A stretch of DNA of 53,759 nt from Kribbella sp. (GTDB lineage Bacteria; Actinomycetota; Actinomycetes; Propionibacteriales; Kribbellaceae), in assembly GCA_035697365.1 (NCBI GenBank), contig DASSDE010000781.1, forward strand, positions 1-53,759. Reading direction: 5' to 3'. Shown in pieces: positions 25,305-35,463 of this stretch. Each line of letters starts with the position of its first letter. Position 1 is the stretch's first letter. The notes under the pieces are model-generated. The model did no database searches, was not told where the DNA came from, and saw only the letters and a program-made list of their open reading frames with translations. The translations under genes were made by a program, and so were the position numbers.

Positions 25305-28016
25305 ATGACCGAACTGCCGGGGACCGGCCGCTACGTTTTCGACTTCGCCGAAGGCTCCATGGAGCAGAAGGATCTGCTCGGGGGCAAGGGCGCCGATCTC
25401 GCCGAGATGACTCGGCTGGGGCTACCGGTCCCGCCGGGTTTCACGATCGCGACGACCGCGTGCCGTGCCTATCTGGAGACCGGTGACCTGCCGGCCGGGC
25501 TGGGTGCCGAGATCAGCGCTCATCTGGGCCGGCTGGAACAAGTGCTGGGGCGCCGACTGGGTGACGCCGGCGACCCGCTGTTGATCTCGGTACGCTCCGG
25601 AGCGAAGTTCTCGATGCCCGGGATGATGGAGACCATCCTCGACATCGGGCTGACCGACGAGTCGGTCCACGGACTGGCGAAGCACTCCGGTGACGACCAC
25701 TTCGCCTGGGATTCGTACCGGCGACTTCTGCAGATGTACGCCCGCACAGTGCTCGACGTACCCGAAGAGCTCTTGCAGGCAGCGCCGTCGACCGAGTTCG
25801 CGGAATGGGGAGTCGAGACGCCGGAGGAACTGCCGGCGGCGGCGATCGAACGTGCCTGCACGGCGCTGAAGCAGACGATCGCCGACCACGCCGGCCGTCC
25901 GTTCCCGCAGGATCCGCTGGAGCAGCTCGACCTGGCGGTGCGTGCTGTCTTCCGCTCCTGGTCCACGCCCCGGGCCCGGCTGTACCGCCGTCAGGAGCAC
26001 ATCCCGGACGATCTGGGAACCGCGGTCAACGTGATGGCGATGGTGTTCGGCAATCGCGGCGCGGACAGTGGCACCGGTGTCGCGTTCACCCGGGACCCTG
26101 CGTCGGGAGAGCCGGGCGTGTACGGCGACTATCTCCAGGACGCTCAGGGTGAGGACGTCGTCGCCGGGGTCCGGAACACCGTTCCACTGGCGCGCCTGGC
26201 CGTGATCGACCCGGTCAGCCATGCAGGGCTGCAGAGCGCGATGTCCACGCTGGAACAGCACTACCGGGACCTGTGCGACATCGAGTTCACGATCGAACGG
26301 GGCCGGCTGTGGATCTTGCAGACTCGAGTGGGGAAGCGGACCGCTGAGGCTGCGTTCCGGATCGCCGTGCAATTGGTCGACGAGGGGCTCATCACTCTCG
26401 ACGAGGCGCTGCTGCGAGTCACCGGCACCCAGCTCGGCCAGCTGATGTTTCCACGGTTCGCAGAGCGGCATGGCGTACCGGCGCTGGCTCACGGTGTGGC
26501 TGCCTCCCCGGGTGCGGCGGTCGGCGTCGCGGCGTTCGATTCGGCCGCTGCTCAGCGCTTCGCCGCGGAGGGCCGGCGGGTGATCCTCGTACGGCGGGAG
26601 ACGAATCCGGACGATCTGCCCGGCATGCTTGCCGCCGCGGGCATTCTCACCACCCGGGGCGGCAAGACATCGCATGCCGCCGTGGTGGCGCGAGGAATGG
26701 GCAAGACCTGCGTCTGCGGCGTGGACACCTTGTCCGTGGACCCTGTCGCACGGCGCGCTGTGACTGCGGGCGCGGTGATCGAGGAAGGCGATCTGCTGTC
26801 ACTGGACGGGACCGCGGGCATCGTCTACCGCGGCGAGGTTCCGGTGGTCGCCGCACCGGTGGTCGAGTACTTCGACGGTCGTACGGATCTCCTCGACACC
26901 GATGAACTGGTTCATGCGGTCGATCGGCTGTTGCAGCACGCCGACGCGCGCCGGCAGTTGGGCGTGCACGCCAACGCCGACACACCGGCCGACACCGCCC
27001 GCGCCCGGCGCTTCGGAGCCGAAGGCATCGGGCTGTGCCGTACCGAGCACATGTTCCTCGGCGAGCGTCGCCAACTCGTCGAACGGCTGGTGCTCGCCGC
27101 GAACAGCGCGGATCAGCAGGCCGTGCTCGAGGAGCTGCTGCAGCTGCAGCGCGCCGACTTCGTAGAGATCTTCCGTGCGATGGCCGGGCTGCCGGTCACC
27201 GTCCGGCTGATCGATCCGCCACTGCACGAGTTCCTGCCGGATCTGACCGACCTGTCGGTGCGGGTCGCCGTCGGCCGGGCCACTGGAACTCCCGACGCCG
27301 ACGCGGAGCGACTGCTTGCGGCCGTGCAGCGGATGCACGAGAGCAACCCCATGCTCGGCCTGCGGGGCGTCCGGCTGGGCATCGTCATCCCCGGACTCTT
27401 CGCGATGCAGACCAGGGCGATCGCCGAGGCGGCTGCCGAGGTGACGGCGGAGGGATCGACCGTACGGCCCGAGATCATGGTGCCCTTGGTGGCCGGCGAC
27501 ACCGAGCTCCAGCTCGTACGCCGGGAGATCGAGACTGTTCTCGCCGAGGTTGCCGCGCACACCGGTCGCGTGGTCCCGACCCGCATCGGGGCGATGATCG
27601 AGGTGCCGCGGGCGGCCCTGGGCGCCGAGCGGATCGCTCGCTCCGCCGAGTTCTTCTCCTTCGGTACCAACGACCTCACCCAGCTGACCTGGGCGTTCAG
27701 CCGCGACGACGTCGAGGCATCGATCTTCCCGCGCTACCTGGACGCGGGGATCTTCGCGGTCTCGCCGTTCGAGTCGCTGGACGTCGAAGGCGTCGGCCGG
27801 CTGGTACGGCTGGCCGTCGCCGAAGGACGCGCGGGCAACCCGGAACTGGTCATCGGAGTATGCGGTGAGCACGGCGGCGACCCGGCTTCGATCGCCTTCT
27901 TCGCCGACGCCGGTCTGGACTACGTCTCCTGCTCTCCGTACCGCATCCCGGTCGCCCGCCTCGAAGCGGGACGGGCGGCGGTGGCATCCACAGCCGCAGC
28001 GAGCGACACCCGATGA
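25305..28016 (+). CDS. ppdK: Pyruvate, phosphate dikinase
   Basis: LLGGKGA, SVRSGA..SMPGMM, GGKTSHAAVVARG phospho-His motif, GIGLCRTEHMF, SFGTNDLTQ, CGEHGGDP. Confidence 0.97.
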   Translation: MTELPGTGRYVFDFAEGSMEQKDLLGGKGADLAEMTRLGLPVPPGFTIATTACRAYLETGDLPAGLGAEISAHLGRLEQVLGRRLGDAGDPLLISVRSGAKFSMPGMMETILDIGLTDESVHGLAKHSGDDHFAWDSYRRLLQMYARTVLDVPEELLQAAPSTEFAEWGVETPEELPAAAIERACTALKQTIADHAGRPFPQDPLEQLDLAVRAVFRSWSTPRARLYRRQEHIPDDLGTAVNVMAMVFGNRGADSGTGVAFTRDPASGEPGVYGDYLQDAQGEDVVAGVRNTVPLARLAVIDPVSHAGLQSAMSTLEQHYRDLCDIEFTIERGRLWILQTRVGKRTAEAAFRIAVQLVDEGLITLDEALLRVTGTQLGQLMFPRFAERHGVPALAHGVAASPGAAVGVAAFDSAAAQRFAAEGRRVILVRRETNPDDLPGMLAAAGILTTRGGKTSHAAVVARGMGKTCVCGVDTLSVDPVARRAVTAGAVIEEGDLLSLDGTAGIVYRGEVPVVAAPVVEYFDGRTDLLDTDELVHAVDRLLQHADARRQLGVHANADTPADTARARRFGAEGIGLCRTEHMFLGERRQLVERLVLAANSADQQAVLEELLQLQRADFVEIFRAMAGLPVTVRLIDPPLHEFLPDLTDLSVRVAVGRATGTPDADAERLLAAVQRMHESNPMLGLRGVRLGIVIPGLFAMQTRAIAEAAAEVTAEGSTVRPEIMVPLVAGDTELQLVRREIETVLAEVAAHTGRVVPTRIGAMIEVPRAALGAERIARSAEFFSFGTNDLTQLTWAFSRDDVEASIFPRYLDAGIFAVSPFESLDVEGVGRLVRLAVAEGRAGNPELVIGVCGEHGGDPASIAFFADAGLDYVSCSPYRIPVARLEAGRAAVASTAAASDTR

Positions 28017-30809
28017 CCGGCCAGGCGCCGGAAGGAGACGTGACGATGGCGATCGAGCACACTGGCGTACGGCCTGCTGCCGGGTGGGACGTGCTGGCAT
28101 CGGACGGGTCGGTGGTACGGATCCGGCCGGTCCGCGAGGACGACGAGGCGGCGTTGGAGGCGATGAACGCCAGGGTGTCGGACGAGTCGATCTACCTGCG
28201 GTTCTTCGGAATCAGCCGGTCGATGGCCGACGAGTACACCCATCATCTGGCTGCCGAGCACGACGGCCATGTCGCACTGGTCGCGGAGTACGGCGGCGAT
28301 GTCGTCGGGATCGCGAGCTACGAGGTGCTTCGCACAGGCGAGGCCGAGATGGCTTTCCTGTTGCAGGACTCGGTCCACGGCCGCGGGATCGGCACACTGC
28401 TGCTCGAACAGTTGGCGGCCACTGCCCGGGAGAACGGCATCGAGCGGCTGCGTGCCGACACGCTCGGCGAGAACGCGAAGATGCTGCGGGTCCTCGCTGA
28501 TTCGGGTTTCGAGCAGGCCCGCAAGCTGGACAGCGGGGTGGTCGAGCTGGTGCTGGACACGGCGTACCACCCGCTGACCCTGCAGCGGATGGCCGACCGT
28601 GAGCGGGCGGCCGAGAACCGCTCGCTGCAGCGTCTGTTCGCGCCGCGGGCGATCGCGGTCGTCGGCGCCGGCCGTACCCCTGGCGGCATCGGCCACGAGG
28701 TCCTGCGGAACGTCGTCGACGGCGGATTTCACCGGGGCCGTGTACGCGGTGAATCCGCACGCCGCGCAGATCTCCGGGGTGCCGGCGTACCCGTCGATCG
28801 GAGACGTTCCCGGCACGGTGGATCTTGCCGTGATCGCGCTGCCCGCCGAGCAGGTGTCCGACGTACTGACCGAGTGCGGCGAGGCCGGCGTCAACGGCGC
28901 GGTTGTGCTGACGTCGGGGTTCTCCGAGCTCGGATCGACCGGCCGTGAACTGCAGCGCCAGATGCTGGCGGTCGCTCGCCGGTACAGTATCCGGCTGATC
29001 GGCCCGAACTGTTTGGGGCTGGTCAACACGGCTCCTGAGGTCAGCCTGAATGCGACCTTCGCCGAGGTGTCTCCGAGTCCCGGAGCACTGGCAATCGCGG
29101 CCCAGTCCGGGGCGGTCGGGATCGCGGTCCTGGAGCATGCCGGGCGCACCGGTCTGGGGATCTCCGAGTTCGTTTCCCTGGGCAACAAGGTCGATGTCAG
29201 CGGCAACGATGTGCTACTGCACTGGTGGGCCGACCCACGAACGGCGGTGATCGGGCTGTACCTGGAGTCGTTCGGGAACCCGCGCAAGTTCGGCGGGCTG
29301 GCCCGGATGATCGGCCGGACGAAACCCGTCCTGGTGGTGAAGGGCGGACGGTCGGCCGGCGGACGACGGGCGGGGCTGTCGCACACGGCCGCCGCGGCGA
29401 CGCCCGAGACGGCGGTGGACGCGCTGTTCGCGCAGTCCGGTGTCCTTCGGATGGACACCGTCGAAGAGCTCGTGGAGACTGCCCGGGTGCTGGCCGTACC
29501 GCCATTGCCTCGCGGTCGCCGGGTTGCGGTGGTCGGGAACGCGGGTGGCGCCGGAATCCTCGCGGCTGATGCGGCCGGCCGTCTGGGCCTCGAGCTGCCG
29601 GAGCTGAGCGACGCTGTCCGGCAGAAACTGGACGCGGTCGGCGCCGTGGCGAGCGGGAACCCGGTCGACCTGGGTGCGGCCGCGTCGGCCGCGAGTCTGG
29701 CGGAGACGTTGCAGATTGTCCTGGACAGCGGCGAGGTGGACAGCATTGTGGTCAACTACGCCGTGACCAGGGCCGGCCGTGTCGAGGACATCTACGCCAC
29801 GATCGCAGGCGCGGCGGCGATCGCAGACCTGCCGATGGTGGTGAACTGCGTCGGCTCGGCACAGGCCGCTCCGGAGATTGCGCTGGCGGACGGACGGCGG
29901 CTGCCGGTGTTCCCGTTCCCCGAGAGCGCGGTCCGCGCGCTGGCGCACGCGGTGCGGTACGCCGAGTGGAGGTCGAGGCCGCAAGGCGTCGTACCGGAGC
30001 TGGCTCAGGTGGACTCCTCTGGAGCACGTGTCGTGGTACGGCAGTTCCTTGAGCAGCGGGCCGAAGGTGGCTGGCTGGATCCGGAGCAGGCTTGTCGTCT
30101 GCTGCAGTGTGCAGGGGTCTCGGTGGTCCCGGTCGTGACCGCGGTGAACCGTTCGGAGGCGATCAAGGCCGCGGAGAGGGCGGGTTATCCCGTTGCGCTG
30201 AAGACGGCGGCGCCCGGCGTACTGCACAAGACCGACATCGGTGGCGTACGAGTCGGGCTGGCGAACGCAGTCCAGGTCGCGAAGGCGTACGACGAAGTCA
30301 CCGCTGTGGCGGGGGATCCACGGGTGGTGGTTCAGCCGATGGCGCCGAGCGGGACCGAGCTGGTGATCGGTGTGGTGCGGGATCGGCTGTTCGGGCCGCT
30401 GGTGATGGCCGGCAGCGGCGGGATCTTCACCGATCTGCTGGCCGATCGGCAGTGGCGCGGGCTACCTCTCACGGACCTGGACGCGGCAGACATGATGCGC
30501 TCACTTCGCTGTGCGCCGCTGCTGGCGGGCTACCGCGGCGCCGAGGCGGCCGACCAAGCGGCGGTGGTCGACGTCATCCACCGGATCGCGTGGCTCGCCG
30601 AGCAGGTTCCGGAGCTGGCCGAGCTCGACATCAACCCGCTGATCGCCGCCCCGGCCGGAGCATTCGCGGTCGACGTCCGGCTACGCCTCGTCCCGGCAGA
30701 GCCTGAGCCGGACTGGTTCGCCCGGCACCTGCGCGGCGACGCGGAGGAGTCCTCCAGGCACGTGACTTTCGCCCCTGTACTCGCGGACTTCTACTGTGCA
30801 CCCTGGTGA
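28013..30809 (+). pseudogene. GNAT / NDP-forming acyl-CoA ligase fusion (Pat-like), interrupted by a frameshift at ~28727-28730
   Basis: GNAT (GRGIGTLLL) and start of the CoA-binding domain in one frame to VDGGF; TGAVYAVNP..GPNCLG..SLGNKVD..SHT..HKTDIGGV..ELDINP follow in the +1 frame. Confidence 0.85.
30762..30775. promoter_or_regulatory. DosR/OsdR-like box
   Basis: GTGACTTTCGCCCC, 36 bp before ATG 30811. Confidence 0.55.
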
Positions 30810-30810
30810 A

Positions 30811-31398
30811 ATGAGTGTGTTTGCCGGCGGCTCGGCCGGATCTTCGCGTGAACCATGGTTCCGGCGGCATCCTGCGGCCGTGTTCGTCGTCGCGGGCGTG
30901 CTCTTCGCGTCGGTCTGGCTGCTCCGTCTGTTCGACGGTGAGCCGGTCGATGCGTCGACGCTGTTGTTCACGCTTCCGGTGGCGCTGATCGCGGTGGCCT
31001 TCGGGCTGCGCGCAGGTCTGGCCGCAGGCGCGTTCGCTGTGCTGCTCGTGGTGATCTGGGTCGTGTCGACGGACACGTCCCTGAGCGCCGTCGGCTGGAT
31101 CTCGCGCTGCCTGCCCGAACTGTTGCTCGGGCTCCTGCTCGGCGACGCCTCGCAGCGCCTGCAGCGAGCCGAGGCCGAGCGGCGACGAGTCGAATCCGCG
31201 GCCTTGCTCTACCGCGATGCGATCGAGATCAACGACTCGATCATCCAGGGGCTGGCAGCCGCCCGCTGGGCACTCGAGGCAGGCCGCACGGAGGCTGGAC
31301 TCAAGACCCTGGAAGACACGATCGTGCAAGCACAGGACCTGGTGTCCGACCTGATCCGGCAGGCCGACAGGTCCGGTGCCTCGACACCGGCCGAGTAA
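30811..31398 (+). CDS. Membrane protein with a degenerate HisKA_3-like helical hairpin (no phospho-His, no ATPase domain)
   Basis: About four TM segments, coiled coil, then AIEINDSIIQGL (compare ELHDxxxQxL); stop ~50 aa later. Confidence 0.7.
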   Translation: MSVFAGGSAGSSREPWFRRHPAAVFVVAGVLFASVWLLRLFDGEPVDASTLLFTLPVALIAVAFGLRAGLAAGAFAVLLVVIWVVSTDTSLSAVGWISRCLPELLLGLLLGDASQRLQRAEAERRRVESAALLYRDAIEINDSIIQGLAAARWALEAGRTEAGLKTLEDTIVQAQDLVSDLIRQADRSGASTPAE

Positions 31399-31448
31399 GG
31401 ACGACACAACGCGCGCGACCGCCACACTTCGACCGGCCTGGTCCGTTC

Positions 31449-31462
31449 GGGACCTTCGTCTC
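31449..31462. promoter_or_regulatory. DosR/OsdR-like box
   Basis: GGGACCTTCGTCTC upstream of the heparinase-like gene. Confidence 0.5.
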
Positions 31463-31537
31463 TGGGAAGCGTTGCCGATCCGCCCGACCCTCGATTCAAC
31501 CGCTGCGTTCGGCAGCGGTTGGGAGAGGGGGCAACTG

Positions 31538-33484
31538 ATGAGATTCAACCGATCGGCCGCGGCGATCGCGGGGATCGCGACCCTGGTACTGGGGGCCGGA
31601 ACGGCGGCCGGGGCAACTCGTGCGCCGACGCCGGGTATCACGATCGCTGCGGCACCGGCAGGACCGGGAGACGCGCAGTTCGTGCCCGGCGCCACCAACG
31701 TCGTGCCGGCGACGGCACCGCCGGCGACCGACATCGGGAAGGCCAAGATGCAGACCGCGGCGGCACCGTTCTACGCGTGCCCCGGGTTCAGCGGGCTGGA
31801 TGCGCAGAACCCGTTGGCGAACCTGTACGCCGACAAGTTCACCTGGTCACCGTATGCGGCGTACAAGGTGGGGAACGGCGGCGGAAACATCAACTGGTCG
31901 CTGAATCCGTACAAGAACGCGAGCTGGTACATGTGGTTCCACTCGCTGCGCTGGCTCGGCCAGGGAATCATCGCCGCGGGCAAGGGCGATCTGACGGCGC
32001 TGACCCGGGTGGACACCATCGCTTACGACTGGTACCGCGACAATCCGTATTCATGGAAGGCCAACGTCGGTGCCTGGGAGTCGACCATGCACCGGACCAA
32101 CGTGCTTATCTGCCTGCGGCAAGCGGTGCTGTCGGGCCTGAAGGTCACGACGTTGCCGGCCCACTACGCGTGGATCGACACCGCGTTGCTGAGCCACGCA
32201 CGGTTCCTGACGAACTACTGGAGCGGAGCGTGGAACCACGGCACCGACGAGAGCATCGCGCTCTTCGGAGTGGGTGTGACGCTGAACCGCAGCGATTACA
32301 AGAACCTCGCCGTACAGCGCCTGGCGGCGGGCATCACCACCTCGATCGACGCCCAGGGATCCACGAACGAGCAGTCGACCGGGTACGCGTCGTTCAACTA
32401 CAGGCTGTGGGGGCGGGCGATCACGGTGCTGCAGAACGGCGGTGTCAGTCCCGGCACGACGATCTCGACCCGCCGAGCCCTGCTCGCGAAATGGTTGACA
32501 CTGGCCACGAACTCGCTGGGCAAGCTCCCGCAGATCGGTGACACCGAACTGCAGGCGACCTACCCGTACGTGGGGACACCGATGGAGTACGCCGGATCCC
32601 TTGGCAAGACCGGCACGGCGCCGCCGTGGCGGGTCGGCGTCTACTCGAACGGCTACGTGTTCGGCCGCACCGGGTGGGGGACCGATCCGGCCCGCGGGTT
32701 CACGGGCGAGTCGGCGTACAGCATCCGGTTCGGACCGGCGCGGGCCTACCACGGTCACAGCGACCACACGAGCATCACCTACACGTCGCGCGGGCGGGAC
32801 ATCATCATCAACGGCGGGTACGCCGCGTACAACGCCGGGGCCTGGCGGACCTGGACGGTGAGTCCGAGCGCACACAGCGTCCTGACCACGCCGATGTCGA
32901 CGGACGTGAACCCGGTGACGAAGCTGAACGCCTACTCGGTGAGGGCGAATGCGGAGTCGTACCAGTTCAGCGACGCACCCGGGGCCGGGATCAGCCGGGT
33001 ACGGCGGGTCCTGGTGCTGAAGGATCCGGATCTGATCGTCACCTGGGACACCGCGTCCGCGAAGACCGCGCAGGCGTTCCAGACGTTGTGGCACCTGCCG
33101 GCCGATCAACGGGCGACGGTGTACTCGCGGACGACGGCGACGGCGATCGCGCCGGGCGACAGCACCAGAACGGTCATCTTCCAGTTGCCGTTCAAGCAGG
33201 CCCTCCCGGCCGGTGCGACATTGGTGAAGCAGGGCCAGACCAGTCCGATCCAGGGTTGGACCTACCCGTCCAGCTACGTCCGCAAGTCCGCGCCGACGAT
33301 CATGATGGCCCGGTCCGGCAAGTCCGCGTCGATCCTGTCGTTCGTCGTACCTGTTCGTGCCTCAGCAGGCGTTACCTACAAGACCTACTGGTCGGGCACC
33401 ACTTTCGTCGTGTCCCTCAAGGTCGGCGGCGTTGCCGCGGCCATCGGCATCACCGGCGGCGGCTCGCTCTACCGCATCGGCTAG
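31538..33484 (+). CDS. Secreted heparinase II/III-like polysaccharide lyase
   Basis: Sec signal; WNHG, NEQSTGY, PQIGDT, HGHSD, AHSVL motifs in the family order. Confidence 0.8.
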   Translation: MRFNRSAAAIAGIATLVLGAGTAAGATRAPTPGITIAAAPAGPGDAQFVPGATNVVPATAPPATDIGKAKMQTAAAPFYACPGFSGLDAQNPLANLYADKFTWSPYAAYKVGNGGGNINWSLNPYKNASWYMWFHSLRWLGQGIIAAGKGDLTALTRVDTIAYDWYRDNPYSWKANVGAWESTMHRTNVLICLRQAVLSGLKVTTLPAHYAWIDTALLSHARFLTNYWSGAWNHGTDESIALFGVGVTLNRSDYKNLAVQRLAAGITTSIDAQGSTNEQSTGYASFNYRLWGRAITVLQNGGVSPGTTISTRRALLAKWLTLATNSLGKLPQIGDTELQATYPYVGTPMEYAGSLGKTGTAPPWRVGVYSNGYVFGRTGWGTDPARGFTGESAYSIRFGPARAYHGHSDHTSITYTSRGRDIIINGGYAAYNAGAWRTWTVSPSAHSVLTTPMSTDVNPVTKLNAYSVRANAESYQFSDAPGAGISRVRRVLVLKDPDLIVTWDTASAKTAQAFQTLWHLPADQRATVYSRTTATAIAPGDSTRTVIFQLPFKQALPAGATLVKQGQTSPIQGWTYPSSYVRKSAPTIMMARSGKSASILSFVVPVRASAGVTYKTYWSGTTFVVSLKVGGVAAAIGITGGGSLYRIG

Positions 33485-33492
33485 CAGGTGTA

Positions 33493-33522
33493 CGAAGGAC
33501 CGCACGAACGTGCGGTCCTTCG
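33493..33522. terminator. Perfect inverted repeat between convergent genes
   Basis: CGAAGGACCGCACG-AA-CGTGCGGTCCTTCG. Confidence 0.78.
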
Positions 33523-33594
33523 GCTGCGGCTGCATGACAGCAGGCGGTCAGGGACGGCTGGGGTCGGCGCAGGTGATGTTTGCCGACGCTCCGA

Positions 33595-34959
33595 TCAGAG
33601 GCGTACGCGTTCCAGGTGGTTCGGGGTGACGGCTGTCCAGTCGAGTTCGTCCTGGAGGCGGCGGGCGAGGGCGGCGCGGGCGTGGTCCTCGCCGTGGACG
33701 ACGTACACGGTCTCCGGCGGCTTTGGTGCCGCGGAGAGCCAGTTGATCAATTCGTCGGAGTCGGCGTGCGCGGAGAACTCGGACAGACCGACGACCTGGG
33801 CGCGGACCGGGACATAGCGCCCGTGGATCTTGAGGGCACGCGCGCCGTCGAGAAGGGCGCGGCCGCGGGTGCCGGGGACCTGGAAGCCGGGGAGGACGAC
33901 GGTGTTGCGCTTGCCGGGAAGCAGCCGCGCCAGGTGGTAGAGGACGCGTCCGCCGGTGGCCATGCCGGAGGCGGAGATGACGATCGACGGGCGGCCCGGG
34001 TCGCTGATCCGCATGGACTCCTCGACCGAGTGGACCAGCCGTAGGGTGCCGGGGTCGAACGGGTCGGAACCGCCGACAATCTCGGGGCGGAGCTCGGGGG
34101 ACTTGCTCGTGACGGCCGAGCGGTAGACGTTGAGTGCGGCGAGCGCCATCGGGCTGTTGACGTACACCGGCAGCCGCGGGATGAGGCCGTCGCGGATCAG
34201 ACCGGTGAGCTCGTGCAGCAGCACCGCCGTCCGGTCGATCGCGAACGCCGGCATCAGGACCACCCCGCCGCGGGCCGCGGTCGTGCTGATCAAGCCGGCG
34301 AGCTGGGCCCGGTCGAGCGGCTGGTGCCGACGGTCGCCGTACGTCGACTCGACGAGCACGGTGTCGACGGTCGGTGGAAGTTCCGGCGGCCGGAGCAGCG
34401 GGTGGTGCTGCCGGCCGAGGTCGCCACTGACGAGGAGCCGTCGGCCGTCGAGTTCAAGGACGGCGAACGCCGAGCCGAGGATGTGCCCGGCGCGGTGCAG
34501 CTGCACCGCGACAGGACCGAGCTCTGCGTGGTGGTCGGTGGGCTGGAACAGCCGGATCGCCACCTCAGCGTCCTCGGTGTCGAACAAGGGCTGTGGCGGA
34601 TCGTGCCGCGAGTAACCACCGGCGCGGGCATGTTCGGCGTCTTCCATCTGCAGATGGGCCGCGTCGCGCAGCACGATCGCCGCCACCTCCGCCGTACCCG
34701 GGGTACAGACGACCGGCCCGCGAAACCCTTGCCGGACCAGGCTCGGCAAGTAGCCGCAGTGGTCCAGATGGGCATGCGTGAGGACGACGCCGTCCAGGGT
34801 CGCCGGATCGATCGGGAACGCATCCCAGTTCCGCCGGCGCCATTGCGCCTCGCCCTGGAACATGCCGCAGTCGACCAGGATCCGCCCGCCGCTGTGCTCG
34901 AGCAGGAACTTGCTGCCGGTCACCGTTCCGGTCGCGCCGAGAAAGGTCAGGCTGGTCAT
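33595..34959 (-). CDS. MBL-fold beta-CASP metallo-hydrolase (putative ribonuclease)
   Basis: THAHLDHCG, AGHILGS, SGDLG, ESTYG, SASGM, FSAHAD, VVHGE. Confidence 0.92.
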   Translation of the reverse strand: MTSLTFLGATGTVTGSKFLLEHSGGRILVDCGMFQGEAQWRRRNWDAFPIDPATLDGVVLTHAHLDHCGYLPSLVRQGFRGPVVCTPGTAEVAAIVLRDAAHLQMEDAEHARAGGYSRHDPPQPLFDTEDAEVAIRLFQPTDHHAELGPVAVQLHRAGHILGSAFAVLELDGRRLLVSGDLGRQHHPLLRPPELPPTVDTVLVESTYGDRRHQPLDRAQLAGLISTTAARGGVVLMPAFAIDRTAVLLHELTGLIRDGLIPRLPVYVNSPMALAALNVYRSAVTSKSPELRPEIVGGSDPFDPGTLRLVHSVEESMRISDPGRPSIVISASGMATGGRVLYHLARLLPGKRNTVVLPGFQVPGTRGRALLDGARALKIHGRYVPVRAQVVGLSEFSAHADSDELINWLSAAPKPPETVYVVHGEDHARAALARRLQDELDWTAVTPNHLERVRL

Positions 34960-35309
34960 CAGGCGGGCGTCCGTTCGAGCCGCAGAGCCACCCGGTTCAG
35001 GACGCGGAGAGCGGCGACCACCTCCGCGATCCGGTGGTGTGATTCGGCGGGGTGGACGGTGCGGAAGAGGTCATTGCGGAGGTCTTCGAGTTCGTCGAGG
35101 AGATGCTCGATCTCGTCAGCGACGATCGCGTCATGGGGCTGCTCAGCGATGAGCGACGGCAGAATGCGGCCCCGGAACGCAACCAGCGTGTGCTGGGCTT
35201 CGGCCAGCCGGCGTTCTTCGAGGAACCAGTCGTCGGCCACGCTGGTCTCGGCGATGTCCTCGAGGTCGGCTTCCCAACGGTTGATGTCTTGCTGCAACTG
35301 GGTGCTCAT
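34959..35309 (-). CDS. Hypothetical acidic helical protein
   Basis: AAGGAG RBS; stop overlaps the MBL gene start (TGATG). Confidence 0.75.
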   Translation of the reverse strand: MSTQLQQDINRWEADLEDIAETSVADDWFLEERRLAEAQHTLVAFRGRILPSLIAEQPHDAIVADEIEHLLDELEDLRNDLFRTVHPAESHHRIAEVVAALRVLNRVALRLERTPA

Positions 35310-35383
35310 GGCTCACTCCTTCGTCTTCTCCAGACTCGCCGAGCGACCGCGCCGACCGCTGCAGGCAAGGGTCCTGCGCTGGC

Positions 35384-35415
35384 AGGACGTTCGGCCGGGT
35401 GAGGACCTTCGGCCC
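35384..35415. promoter_or_regulatory. Tandem DosR/OsdR-like boxes
   Basis: AGGACGTTCGGCCG (35384) and AGGACCTTCGGCCC (35402) in a divergent region. Confidence 0.65.
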
Positions 35416-35463
35416 TGTCTCGGCGACGTCGTGCGCGATTCGCTGGAGGAAAGGAGGATCGAG

